Origin: Bacteroidota bacterium
GTDB taxonomy: Bacteria > Bacteroidota > Bacteroidia > Bacteroidales > JAAUTT01
Direction of reading: 5' to 3'
Assembly: GCA_020048915.1 (NCBI GenBank)
Contig: JAIFLU010000017.1
Coordinates: 484 to 64,483, forward strand
DNA: 64,000 bases
The first letter of the stretch is position 1, and each line of letters starts with the position of its first letter. The translations under genes and the position numbers were made by a program. Positions 16,723-27,320 of the stretch are shown here, in pieces. The notes beneath the pieces are model-generated. The model saw nothing but the letters and a program-made list of their open reading frames with translations, was not told where the DNA came from and did no database searches.

Positions 16723-19284
16723 TTATTTGTTAAAGACATAAGAAAGTATGTTAACTTGATATGGAAGAAGCTTACAATTAACATAAACCGACTTGCCCAC
16801 AGTTTTAAGTTGATAAGGAATTGTTACTCCATTTAAGCTTACGCTCGCAACACCTGTAAATCCAGAAGGTATAAGCATTTGAATAATTGAAGTACTTCCG
16901 CTAGATGTAAAATGTAACTGAATAGAATTTCTTTCCTTATCCATTTTGTAATTATATGCAGCATAAGCGCCCGAAGCTTCAAGGCAAGCCACTACACCCA
17001 CACTATCGACACCTGCGGTTGACCAACGCGGAGATACAATCACGCTGTCGTAGGCCAAGCCGGCATTTTTAACACCCGCCAAGCCTTCAATTAGCGCACT
17101 CATTCCATTGGCTGCCGCCCAGTTGTCGGGTCCCCCGTACGATTCGCCCTTTGGCGCAATGTAATGGGGCTGGTTGGAGAGTGAAATGCCCATTACAGCA
17201 TAGATACCTCCTTCCAAAGGCGCTAAGAATCTGAGTTTGCTTATGCTTTTTTCGGGCTTTGGATTATCGATGGCAGCCCAGCATACACCAACCTTTGTAC
17301 TTTTTAAATTTGGGCCCGACCAGGCAACTCCTGCACTTTCGGTATCTAAATCGGGAAACCACCAGTTTGTGACTTCTTTATGTTTAAACAGATATTGCGA
17401 GGACTCACTACCGTCGGAATACACAAAAGTGATGGCACCAGCCACATTGCCTGGAACATTATCGGATGATGAATGCAGCAAATAGATAGCACCCGCTGTT
17501 TTGTTTACAGGCACTTCCACCTCTCGGGGTAATCCGGCCTTAACCGAAACAGCAATAGCCGATTTTCGATTATTTAATTCAGGATCAATAACATTAAAGT
17601 CAATACCTCTAAAAATCTGTTTTCCTGTAGGCAATCCGCGCATATCGTTACCCGAAGCTTTTTCAGTTCCCATCCAGTTCAAGGCACTTATAGATCCGGT
17701 ATCCCATAAGTCCATATTTGCCTGTTTTCTGATGTCGATTGGCTGGAAGACTGGCTCTGGAGGAGGAGGAGCAATAATGCCGGTATAAGAAAAATATATT
17801 TTATCATTATATTTTTTCCCCAATTGATAAAAACGATCCATAATATCGGAAGCATAGTTCTCATAACCGTTTTCGTAGGCTCCCTTGGCAAGTTCGCCAA
17901 TTGCATGACCGGCAATACCTCCGTTCATATATTGCCACTTCTCGTTGTGATCACCAAAACCCCTTTCAAAAGGAGGATAAATAGAATACCATTCACCCGG
18001 TGAACCAGCAGGCAGATTATTCCTAAAGTCTAGATAGTTTTGAATAATCGCCTTATTGATATCGGCAGGCAAACCTCTGTTAATAGAATACATATTACCT
18101 TGAGCAATTTGAGACTTTTCATCTACTCCCAAATTTCTTTTTACTAAAGAATTCTCATCAATAAAATGAGTAAAAAACTTCCCATTCCATGACAATTTCA
18201 ATAAATTTTTAAGTATTAAATCGGCTCTATCTTTATACTTCTTCGCCAATTCAACATTCCCAATAAAAGCGTACATTTCTGCCACCTGATTGCAAGCTTC
18301 AAAATAGCCGGTATTATCGCCAAAGAAAACTCCATACTTTGTTTTTCCTGGAACCAAAACCATAGTATGACTTATAGGCGCAGTAGGCGTGTATTCATCA
18401 TCTACCTGAAAATCCCATGAATCGATACAATATGGCCGTTTGATCAATTGGAAACGATTCGACCAGCGAACTGAATCGGTATAGCAATAATCGAGCGCTT
18501 TGGCTGCTGATTCAATCGTTATTTTCATCCATTCGTTATCGGCTGAAGCTTTCCAATGTTTATAAAACTGATTTACGAAATTATAATCGGAATGATTATC
18601 CACCGGTTGACGAACCGCCCAAATACCATCGTACTGACGATAATAATCGGCTGCACCATAGGCTGTTTTATAATAATCATCACCTTCTCCATTGCGCACA
18701 AAACTCCAAATCAAACCATCCTCACGTTGAACTAAGCGAAGTAAATCGGTGTTTTCGCCGCCATAAGGCAGAAAATACTGCATACCATTAAGTACATTAT
18801 TATTATCTAAATCCCATGGAACATAGAATTTATATGTTTTCCCCTGATAAAAATGCTCACCATATCCTGTTTTTCCATGCCAAAACATACCATCTTTCAG
18901 GATGTTGAAAAAATCGGCGTATTTGCCGCCATCGTCAACTTTTGTTTTGGCTTTAAGCGTAAAAGATGTTTCAGCAATATTTTTACCTTTTTTGTTAAGA
19001 AGAGTTATTTTTTGGATTCCAGCTGCACCTCCGGCTTTAAATGCAATATGCCCATCGGCATACGATTGAAAATATTCATTACCCTCAGCATCAGTAACGA
19101 TAATTTTCCCCTCACCATGACACATCACGACGACTTCTTCGAAAGGACTTACCAAAGTTGCCGATTTTAGTGCTAAAATATGATTTGTATTTTGCGCAAC
19201 CAGATAATCTGATAATAGTAAAAAACAAAATATCAGGATTTGGTTATGATTCAATCGATTCACTGTAATTAGTATTGTTTTCAT
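16723..19284 (-). CDS. Unclassified six-hairpin glycosidase-like protein 'family Y' with an inserted beta-sandwich domain
   Basis: Signal peptide. Shares KRPYxIDxWDF, GDNxGxFxA, WNGKxxxHF, NxYSINRG, YMNG, GELAK, PDxW, SALxEGLAGV and SPRW with 38264..39916. Confidence 0.6.
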   Translation of the reverse strand: MKTILITVNRLNHNQILIFCFLLLSDYLVAQNTNHILALKSATLVSPFEEVVVMCHGEGKIIVTDAEGNEYFQSYADGHIAFKAGGAAGIQKITLLNKKGKNIAETSFTLKAKTKVDDGGKYADFFNILKDGMFWHGKTGYGEHFYQGKTYKFYVPWDLDNNNVLNGMQYFLPYGGENTDLLRLVQREDGLIWSFVRNGEGDDYYKTAYGAADYYRQYDGIWAVRQPVDNHSDYNFVNQFYKHWKASADNEWMKITIESAAKALDYCYTDSVRWSNRFQLIKRPYCIDSWDFQVDDEYTPTAPISHTMVLVPGKTKYGVFFGDNTGYFEACNQVAEMYAFIGNVELAKKYKDRADLILKNLLKLSWNGKFFTHFIDENSLVKRNLGVDEKSQIAQGNMYSINRGLPADINKAIIQNYLDFRNNLPAGSPGEWYSIYPPFERGFGDHNEKWQYMNGGIAGHAIGELAKGAYENGYENYASDIMDRFYQLGKKYNDKIYFSYTGIIAPPPPEPVFQPIDIRKQANMDLWDTGSISALNWMGTEKASGNDMRGLPTGKQIFRGIDFNVIDPELNNRKSAIAVSVKAGLPREVEVPVNKTAGAIYLLHSSSDNVPGNVAGAITFVYSDGSESSQYLFKHKEVTNWWFPDLDTESAGVAWSGPNLKSTKVGVCWAAIDNPKPEKSISKLRFLAPLEGGIYAVMGISLSNQPHYIAPKGESYGGPDNWAAANGMSALIEGLAGVKNAGLAYDSVIVSPRWSTAGVDSVGVVACLEASGAYAAYNYKMDKERNSIQLHFTSSGSTSIIQMLIPSGFTGVASVSLNGVTIPYQLKTVGKSVYVNCKLLPYQVNILSYVFNK

Positions 19285-19305
19285 TTGTATCTCATTTATG
19301 AGTTA

Positions 19306-21615
19306 TCAATTATTTATTGTTTTGAATGAATATTTGCCGTCAGTAACCTTAAACATTAATCGGTCTTTATCATACCCAACAAAACTAACCAGTTCATTTT
19401 GTATAAACTGCCCGTTTTTATATATACTCTGGCCATTCAAAAGGATTTCATTTCCCTTTAAAATGTTCACAATGGCTGATGATTGAATTGGCACAATAAC
19501 TTCAATAAGGTTTTCTGATGCGTTCAATGCCAGAATTCCTTCCTTAACTGGAAATTCAGCATTAATGCTTGCTAAAACTGATAAATCGGGACTTATTCGA
19601 TAAGTATTGGGCAGCTTTTCATCGGGAACAATTCCAGCAAAGTATTTACTGAGTAATATGAGTGGCCCGCCAGCCCACCCATGGTTATAGCCGCTATTGC
19701 CATGTTCTGCACCTTCACTTTCATCATAAGTCCAAAGTTCCCATAAAGTAGAATATTTGCTGTTAACCATGGGTTGAAATCTTGTCTTCATTCGTTGCAG
19801 CGCTAATGCAGGCTCGCCCATTATGAGGAGGCTTTCGAGAACATATTTTTCCATATAAGGGCTGGCATGAAACTGCGTGGAGAAAACCTTTTTAAGTTTT
19901 TCCCATTTCAAAGTATCTGCAACACCAGTATATACCATAAGCGCATTGGCACGATCGTCTGTTTGTCCTTTGTAGGAACTAAAGCGATATGATTCTCCGT
20001 TCCAGCAGTCAGGACTATTCAAAAAAGCAACCATTTTTTCAGATCTCTCATTATAGATGGCCGCTTCGTTGGATTTTTCTAATATGGTTGCAATTTTCTC
20101 CAGTGTTTGCATGCATTTTAAATACCAACCATGCTGAACTAATACTAAATCGACATTCTCACCCCAGTCTCCCCAGTCCCATCCACCCGGTCGGTAAACT
20201 AATTGACCGTTGTCTTTTAATGTCCAAAGGGAAATATACTTTTTAAAAGGTTCATATATTTCTTTTAATAATGAGGTATCGCGCGTGAATTTGAAATACT
20301 CCCAACTTTCGGCCAAAGGCATTAAACCGTGTGCGGGCAACTCATTTTTCCAGTCTTTCTCTGGAACAGGATTATAAATGACCCCGTCGGGTTTTTGCCA
20401 GTTTATAAGGTCTGTATATATTTTACGCCCCAGCGCCCATGACTTTGAATCGAGGCAATAAAATGATTGTTCCATATCAATAGTAGCATCGCCAGCCCAT
20501 TGAGCCCGCTCACGATCGGGACAGTCGGTATAGGTATCGCCCATATTCAAATACAAAGTACGCACTATTTTTAACCAGAGTTTATTGTAAAAAGTGTCGT
20601 TGCAGGTAAAACTTCCGGAAAATTCAGTATCATATCCAGTTTCGCGATATTTTAAACTGATAATTTCAACATCGTCAGGAATGGTATATTTAATTACATG
20701 GCCGGTAACCCAATTGTAACTTTCAAACTCCTGAATACCATTTTTGGTAATATAATCGGAGCATAAGGTATATAATGAATCTGTAGTACTCAGTCCGCCC
20801 AAATAATAAGTATCAGAGCGTATAAATATTTTCTTGCCCGCTTTCGCCTTTACTTTAAGGTATGGAGAGGCATGGCAGTTATAAGGCAATTGGCAGTATA
20901 CTATGTCGCCATCTCTTTTCACCGAAACGTAGTCTTTGAGTCCCAAATCGCGAAAGAGTGGTATTGGTCTTTTGACCAGTTTATTCCATGGTTTTGAAGG
21001 GTTAGCGCCTACTTCACAAGCTGTGTTCCATTTAGAATCGTTATATGCAATCATTTTCCAGCCCGCGATGTCCTTTTGCGCATCGAAAAACAGGTTTGGC
21101 TCCGACAATCGAAAATTAGGCTTTGGCCTATTGCTTGGAGCATAAGCAGGATGTTGCAATGTTTTCCAGGTTTTATCGCTCACTAATTTTTGAGTGCCCA
21201 AAGTACCATTGAACCACAAACCGCAACGACCGCTGCTATTGTGCGAAAATCCTTTACCTCCCCAATACCAAACTAAAACAGAGATGTTATTGTTTCCTTT
21301 TTTCAAAAAGCGGGAGAAGTTTACTTCATCAAAGTAGGTGTCTTTAGGATTTGGGCCACGTTTTAAACCTCCTTCCAAAACTACAAGCGAATCATTCACC
21401 CAAAGGTAATAACGGGTGTCAACAGCTATTTGCGCAATGGCTTGTGTTGGTAATTCTTTCAAATTGAAGTTTTTCCTGAAACAATACCAGGTATTGGCCT
21501 GGGTTATTGAATCTTGGGTTAAAGTTATCCATAAAGCTTTTTGGGATTGCGCATTGGCAAAACTTATTGAAGCTAATGCACACGATATTAAAAGAGTAAG
21601 TATTTTTTTCTTCAT
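19306..21615 (-). CDS. GH78 alpha-L-rhamnosidase family protein
   Basis: FRKNF, AVDTRYYLWVN, TDCPDRERAQWAGD, WDWGDW, TLWELW, NHGW. Confidence 0.88.
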   Translation of the reverse strand: MKKKILTLLISCALASISFANAQSQKALWITLTQDSITQANTWYCFRKNFNLKELPTQAIAQIAVDTRYYLWVNDSLVVLEGGLKRGPNPKDTYFDEVNFSRFLKKGNNNISVLVWYWGGKGFSHNSSGRCGLWFNGTLGTQKLVSDKTWKTLQHPAYAPSNRPKPNFRLSEPNLFFDAQKDIAGWKMIAYNDSKWNTACEVGANPSKPWNKLVKRPIPLFRDLGLKDYVSVKRDGDIVYCQLPYNCHASPYLKVKAKAGKKIFIRSDTYYLGGLSTTDSLYTLCSDYITKNGIQEFESYNWVTGHVIKYTIPDDVEIISLKYRETGYDTEFSGSFTCNDTFYNKLWLKIVRTLYLNMGDTYTDCPDRERAQWAGDATIDMEQSFYCLDSKSWALGRKIYTDLINWQKPDGVIYNPVPEKDWKNELPAHGLMPLAESWEYFKFTRDTSLLKEIYEPFKKYISLWTLKDNGQLVYRPGGWDWGDWGENVDLVLVQHGWYLKCMQTLEKIATILEKSNEAAIYNERSEKMVAFLNSPDCWNGESYRFSSYKGQTDDRANALMVYTGVADTLKWEKLKKVFSTQFHASPYMEKYVLESLLIMGEPALALQRMKTRFQPMVNSKYSTLWELWTYDESEGAEHGNSGYNHGWAGGPLILLSKYFAGIVPDEKLPNTYRISPDLSVLASINAEFPVKEGILALNASENLIEVIVPIQSSAIVNILKGNEILLNGQSIYKNGQFIQNELVSFVGYDKDRLMFKVTDGKYSFKTINN

Positions 21616-21702
21616 GCTATTTTTTTTAATATAATATTGTGTATTGGCGCTTTGTAATTTATAGTTTGTTGCATCGGATAATCTATACTAAGAAATCAAT
21701 CT

Positions 21703-23439
21703 TCAATCATTAATAACTTTTACTTTTATTCCTTTGGGAGCTTTGCAGGTTGTTTTGATCTCATTGTTTTTCAATCTTTCATGTTTGATGTGAATTACCC
21801 CAAATGGTGTTGGGAAAGTTCCCATCGCCCATTTTAAATCGCCTAAATGCGGTTTAATCGTTATTTCTTTGCAACCGGGTTTTACAACATTAATTCCTAA
21901 AACATGTTGAGTAAGCCATGGAGTAGGTCCTGAAGCCCAACCATGACAAAGGCTATTCCTATATTTTATATAGCAAAAATCACCGTAAGTACCATGCAAA
22001 TCAATCTTGCCAGCTTCTGGCATCTGACTAATTTTATTGGCGTTTAGTGCCCAATTCAGCTCAAATTGCTCCCAAAAAGTAGTGGCCCCCAACTCAATCA
22101 TTTTTCCCCAATATTGTTTTATAAATTCCATGGCATGATTATAATCGCCGACTTTTGCCATGGCCTCTAACATGAAATAGCCAAAAAATGTCGAGAAATT
22201 TTGCGTACTATCTTTTTTTATGATTTCGTTCATTAATATAGGATCTGCCAGACCCGATAATGAAAGAATTGCTGCTTCCTGTTTTTGGTTATGAATTTCA
22301 GGCTTCTTTTTCCTCATTAATTCAACAGTTTCAAAACACTTTGCCGCTAATGCATCTTCATTTAAAACTGACAATAAATAAGCTCCTTTTTCAATGGTGT
22401 TTAATAATAAGGCATTTGTTGCACTTAAAGCAGCCGGATTATTTTTTGTTGATGGCCAGTCAATAAAACCCCACTCAAACGTGGAGTATCCGGTTTCACC
22501 AACTTTCGTAAGGAGTATTTTTAATAGCCCGGTTAGATATAACCGTTGTTTTTCCAGGTAGTTATGATCTGCGTGGTAAGAATACCAAAGATATTGGTTC
22601 TGCACCCACCACATACTTGAAGTAGATAAACCGTGCATCCATTCTGGCAGGGGAGTTTGATCCCGGATTAAGTCTAAGCTTGACGGGACAATATCATTAT
22701 AACCAAAAACCGTATTGACTGTTAAATTCTCAACATAGAGGTCTCCACTCCAAACTAATCTGTCGCGTTTAATACCATCCCACAAATAGTCCTGCATATT
22801 CAGATGAACGGTATAGGCGCCAATATCCCATATTTTATTGAGTAAAGTATCACTGCACGCAAAAGTACCTTTATACTCAATGTCCCTAATTTTCAGGTTA
22901 GCCCTAATTGATAGGATTTCACAGAAACTATTCTTGTCGAGAAAGTCTAATCGTACAAATCGGAAACCGGTATTGCCTATTTCAATTTTTCCTTTCCATG
23001 GGAGTAAAAATTGATAATCCCTGATGGCGTGATCATTTGTAGCATTATGAATAGTATCAATTTCGGCCATTGCTTCACCCACTGATTCACCAAATCGAAT
23101 CCGAAAACGGGCAGGCAAATTATTTTTTATGTTATTGCTGATAATAGAAACAGATCCATTCAATTCCTTTCCAAAATCTAATAATATACTCAATTCTTTT
23201 TCATTGGAAACCATTTTAAAACATTCTGCATTTACAGCAGTCGCCTGGTCGATTTTTGAGCGAAGAATAAAATGTGAATTAGATATGCTATCAGACTGCC
23301 ATAATATTTTTAACGGATTGAATTGGTAAGTTTTATGTTGAAAACTACTTTCAACCGCATTTAAACCAGCAGTAATACTTTGCGCATTTAATTTTATGGT
23401 GCAAATGCCAATACAAAAGAAAATCCAAATTTTTCTCAT
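21703..23439 (-). CDS. GH78 alpha-L-rhamnosidase family protein (short form)
   Basis: LLDFGKE, GFRFV, WDGIKRDRLVWSGD, FIDW, GATTFWE, SLCHGWASGP. Confidence 0.9.
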   Translation of the reverse strand: MRKIWIFFCIGICTIKLNAQSITAGLNAVESSFQHKTYQFNPLKILWQSDSISNSHFILRSKIDQATAVNAECFKMVSNEKELSILLDFGKELNGSVSIISNNIKNNLPARFRIRFGESVGEAMAEIDTIHNATNDHAIRDYQFLLPWKGKIEIGNTGFRFVRLDFLDKNSFCEILSIRANLKIRDIEYKGTFACSDTLLNKIWDIGAYTVHLNMQDYLWDGIKRDRLVWSGDLYVENLTVNTVFGYNDIVPSSLDLIRDQTPLPEWMHGLSTSSMWWVQNQYLWYSYHADHNYLEKQRLYLTGLLKILLTKVGETGYSTFEWGFIDWPSTKNNPAALSATNALLLNTIEKGAYLLSVLNEDALAAKCFETVELMRKKKPEIHNQKQEAAILSLSGLADPILMNEIIKKDSTQNFSTFFGYFMLEAMAKVGDYNHAMEFIKQYWGKMIELGATTFWEQFELNWALNANKISQMPEAGKIDLHGTYGDFCYIKYRNSLCHGWASGPTPWLTQHVLGINVVKPGCKEITIKPHLGDLKWAMGTFPTPFGVIHIKHERLKNNEIKTTCKAPKGIKVKVIND

Positions 23440-23618
23440 AATTATGATTGATTTAAACAGTTACTTTGAAATCGAGAATAATCTTGGCCCATGTCGGTTT
23501 CTGGCATGGCGTGGATGTTTTATTGCATGAAATACAAACGATATGAAAACCATACATTTTTTCCGCTTTATATTGTGCCACGGTTGAGTGAGGTAAGTCT
23601 TTTTTCATAATTGAAGTT

Positions 23619-25130
23619 TTATTTTCTGTAAGATGAATTTTGAATTTTAATCTTTTTACTTCCTGGTGCATTAGGGTTAGATTTACCAACGAAATCGGTT
23701 ATTAACAAACTTTTAACTTCGAAACATTCAATTCCATTTGTAAAAAAATCAGGTAAGTCGTTGTTCCATTTCAGGTTAAAACTCCGAATGGACAAATTAT
23801 TGATATATTGCGCATAGATGCCTGGAATATCGTGCTCAAAAATTTGCATGTCTTTTGGAGAAGCGGGTCGTAAATCGAAATTTCCACCATAAGCCAATGT
23901 TTCTTTCCCTTTACGCATCCGCAACTGCAAGTTGTTGAATTGAATGTTTTCCATGGGACTCTCTTTTTGGCCAAACACCAAAATTCCCTGCTCCCCGGTA
24001 GCATTTATATTGTTGAACTGAACATTTTTAATCTGTCCGGCTTTTCTACCGGGAAACCGCGAAATACACGAAAGGTGAATGGGTTCGCCATGTCCCCACC
24101 ACTGACCGTTCAACAATTTGGTTTCGATAATGATATCGGTGAAAATCAGGTCTTCGATATTGCTGTCGTCGTGGGCAAAAATGCCGATGCCGCGGTGCGA
24201 ATCGTGTATGATAATGTTGCTGAAAACACACCGCCGGATGGGGTGCTGACCGTATCCAATCCTTATCCCTGCCGAACTCGATTTGAGGATGCAGTTGGTC
24301 ACCGTCATGTTTTCGGCATAGATGGTTTTATTTCCATAGGTATGCTTATCCTGCTCTTCGGAAGTAAATACGGGAGTTTCTTCATCTTTCGGAAAACCGG
24401 TTAAAACGATGGCATCGTCGCCAGCCACAATATGGCAGTTGGAGATGCGGATATTCCGTGAAGCGGTGCAATGGATCCCGTCGCTGTTGGGAATGAGAAT
24501 GTTGTTTTGAATGGTAATGCCGTCGATTACAAGATCGTCGCAATACCCGAAGCGGGTAGCCCACACAGGAGTGTCGAGAATGGTGATACCTGTTATGGAT
24601 ACTTTTGTGCAATGAAAGAAAACAATCGTCATTCCGGGACTTCCTTTTCTTTTGAGCGGGCCGTCGGTGAAGAAGGTACCTTCGGGCATATAGTTCTGCT
24701 TCTGCCGGGTACGGTTCTTGACAAACTCTTCGTAGACATGGTTTTTATCTGTCTCATAAAATTTTATTCCATTGGCCTGAATGGCTCCTTTCCCCGAAAT
24801 GGAAACATTGTAAGCATCTTCACAAAAGATAATCCCTCTTGATTTGCTGTATTCGCCGAGGATTTCACTACCCGAAAGCACGGCACCCGCTTCGAGATGC
24901 AGGTTCACATTGCTTTTCAGGACGATAGTTCCGGTAACGAATGTGCCGGCAGGCACCAACACTGTTCCTCCACCGTTTTCAAAGCATTTGTTCACAGCGT
25001 CGTTAATGGCTTTCGTGTTTAGGTTGATGCCATCGGCCTTGGCGCCAAAATCGAGGATATTATATTCTCCGGCATTGAGTTGAAGGCTGAGAAAGAGTAA
25101 GCTTGTCAGGTAAATTATTTTTATTTTCAT
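23619..25130 (-). CDS. GH28 polygalacturonase/rhamnogalacturonase-type glycoside hydrolase
   Basis: DFGAKADG, NTKAINDA, GTIVLKSNV, PNSDGIH, GDDAI, AGIRIG. Confidence 0.9.
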   Translation of the reverse strand: MKIKIIYLTSLLFLSLQLNAGEYNILDFGAKADGINLNTKAINDAVNKCFENGGGTVLVPAGTFVTGTIVLKSNVNLHLEAGAVLSGSEILGEYSKSRGIIFCEDAYNVSISGKGAIQANGIKFYETDKNHVYEEFVKNRTRQKQNYMPEGTFFTDGPLKRKGSPGMTIVFFHCTKVSITGITILDTPVWATRFGYCDDLVIDGITIQNNILIPNSDGIHCTASRNIRISNCHIVAGDDAIVLTGFPKDEETPVFTSEEQDKHTYGNKTIYAENMTVTNCILKSSSAGIRIGYGQHPIRRCVFSNIIIHDSHRGIGIFAHDDSNIEDLIFTDIIIETKLLNGQWWGHGEPIHLSCISRFPGRKAGQIKNVQFNNINATGEQGILVFGQKESPMENIQFNNLQLRMRKGKETLAYGGNFDLRPASPKDMQIFEHDIPGIYAQYINNLSIRSFNLKWNNDLPDFFTNGIECFEVKSLLITDFVGKSNPNAPGSKKIKIQNSSYRK

Positions 25131-25160
25131 TTTGTGAAGTTTTGTTTAAAGTATTATAAA

Positions 25161-27248
25161 TTACGGCAATTTATTGAAACCCTCAACCACAACATTCCAC
25201 TTGCCATTTTTTGGAAAGCCGGGAGCATTGGTATCCGGGCAACCGTCCCAACCGCCTGCCATCATTGCCACTGCTATGAGTAAACCTCCATTTCCGGGAA
25301 AATATACCCAGGAATTGTAACCCATTACATCGAAAGAAAACTGTTCATTAGGATACAAGAGCATGTCAACTGCTTTTTCCGGCATGTTCAATCTTGCGGC
25401 TGTCATAGCAACAACCGGGAAATCCCATCCCCAGGTTCGGTCGAAATTCCATGTTTTAAGTACTTCGTTAAAAGTACTTCTCAGGATTGCAGTATCTACG
25501 CCATCGCCAGGCAACATGCCATAGGTTGCAATTAAGCCGGGATGTTCAAAGTTGTATTTTGTCCACATGTCTTTAATTCCCTCATAGGTAACATACTTGC
25601 TGTCTTCAATAGGCAAGGGTGCTAATTTTTTGAGCACCGAATTCCAGGACTTTGATTCAGGAAGTTGCAACCTTTTGCGCCATTCCATGGCCGTACGTAA
25701 ACCAAATCGCCAATACGATAGTTCGAAGGCCGGATTTTTAGTTGTGTTGTGATCGGTATTTTCCGACATGATAAACAAAGGCGGATTCAGGTTGTAATAT
25801 CCTGAAATACTGTCTAAAACAGGGTAGGATGCCAGAAAATCGGCTGTTGCAAAAACTACATCTTTCCATTTATCTAAGGTTTGTGGGGTTGGGTGTAAGC
25901 GATAATCCAATTCGGCAAAATAGATAGGATGAGGTTGTTGCCAAATAAGAAAGGCATGAATAACATGAGGCCATTCCCTGTCAATATTTCCGGTTGCTTT
26001 TGGCCAACGTGCGCCTGAATATCCTTGTTTTTTTGCTCTTTCGATGGATGTGGGTAAGAATTTCTGATAGACATTCAGCATTTTGTCCAATTCATTCCAC
26101 CGGTTCCAAAAAGCAAAATGCGCACCATGCCACCAAATCATTTCAAAATGAAATTTGCCATGCCAATTATTTTTCAGAAATCCCGATTCCGGCGGAGGCA
26201 GCGAACCTGAATTATTAACTTTCATATGGTATTGCGAAAGCACAACTCTTCGTTCCAGTTCAAAAGCTCTGGAATCAGTACATTGAGAGAAATCTATTGC
26301 AGCACCCGACAACCAGTACTCTTTCCAACCCTGAGCACTTGCAGTAAAAACACTTTTGAATACTTGGGTATTATCCGGTTCCTTCGAGAAAGTAAAGGTG
26401 AATTGGGCTTGGTTGCTTTCAGGCTTAATGAGAAATTTATGCGGATTTTTTGTAGCGTCGATATATTCATATTCAATTGAATTTGGGGAAGCAATGCTCA
26501 CGAAATAGTTAAAATCATCCATCTTTCGTTCAACGAGCAGATTTTGTCCATTTCCCTTAATTACGGTTGAATGTTTTTGAATACCGTTATAATCTCCAAT
26601 AAAATCAGCACCTTCCCGGTCATCGGCATATGGGAATTCAACTAAAATTTTTAATTGTTTTTTTGAAATAAGTGGAGAATTAATTTCAATGCCGAGTTCA
26701 TTATTTTTTGGATGACTGGCTGTTTTTACCGTTACATTGTAATTGTCGAATACGAACGAACTTGTTATTATTCCTGTCCATAAATCCAACGTTTGAGTGG
26801 TATTTTTTAATTCTGAAATATCAGCCAAAGAGCCATCGGCATGGGTAAGGTGTAGCCCAATCCGGCCTACATTTACAGGTTGTGGATTTGCTGCCAGCCA
26901 CTTAGATAATTCTGGTTGTTGGGGATTGTCAATATCGAATGCAACAGGTCGGCCATTCACTGTATAAACCGGACCTTTAAAATCCTCAACTTTAACACCC
27001 TCGGGCAAAGGCATTGAATGCCACGCCCAACGAGCCATTGTATTATGAGCACTAAAAGTCTGCATGCCGGTAATGTCAACATTATAAGCGAATTCTCCAT
27101 TCCCAACCTGCATAGGTTTTTTTGGATTATTTTCTTGAATCGTAAGGTTGTGTCTTTGAACAAGCGCTTTCCGGTCAATTTTTCCTGCAAAACAAGCTAA
27201 ATGGAGGGCAAAAAATACAATTAAAAGGTATGTTGACTTTGTCATCAT
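25161..27248 (-). CDS. Six-hairpin glycosidase, GH65/GH95-like (family uncertain)
   Basis: Signal peptide, VGNGEFAY, ELERRVVLSQY, WHGKFHFEM, GARWPK, LIWQQPHP, WGWDFP, PGNGG. Confidence 0.65.
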   Translation of the reverse strand: MMTKSTYLLIVFFALHLACFAGKIDRKALVQRHNLTIQENNPKKPMQVGNGEFAYNVDITGMQTFSAHNTMARWAWHSMPLPEGVKVEDFKGPVYTVNGRPVAFDIDNPQQPELSKWLAANPQPVNVGRIGLHLTHADGSLADISELKNTTQTLDLWTGIITSSFVFDNYNVTVKTASHPKNNELGIEINSPLISKKQLKILVEFPYADDREGADFIGDYNGIQKHSTVIKGNGQNLLVERKMDDFNYFVSIASPNSIEYEYIDATKNPHKFLIKPESNQAQFTFTFSKEPDNTQVFKSVFTASAQGWKEYWLSGAAIDFSQCTDSRAFELERRVVLSQYHMKVNNSGSLPPPESGFLKNNWHGKFHFEMIWWHGAHFAFWNRWNELDKMLNVYQKFLPTSIERAKKQGYSGARWPKATGNIDREWPHVIHAFLIWQQPHPIYFAELDYRLHPTPQTLDKWKDVVFATADFLASYPVLDSISGYYNLNPPLFIMSENTDHNTTKNPAFELSYWRFGLRTAMEWRKRLQLPESKSWNSVLKKLAPLPIEDSKYVTYEGIKDMWTKYNFEHPGLIATYGMLPGDGVDTAILRSTFNEVLKTWNFDRTWGWDFPVVAMTAARLNMPEKAVDMLLYPNEQFSFDVMGYNSWVYFPGNGGLLIAVAMMAGGWDGCPDTNAPGFPKNGKWNVVVEGFNKLP

Positions 27249-27320
27249 TTCATTACTATTTAATGTCAGTTCGATGTGTTATTTAAAGTTAATCAATATA
27301 TTACCCAATAAGATTAATAG

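Noticed and set aside
23453-23608. 51-aa ORF MKKDLPHSTV...LDFKVTV filling the GH28-GH78 spacer
   Set aside because: It could be another scar, but I found no match to any family or to another gene in the window.
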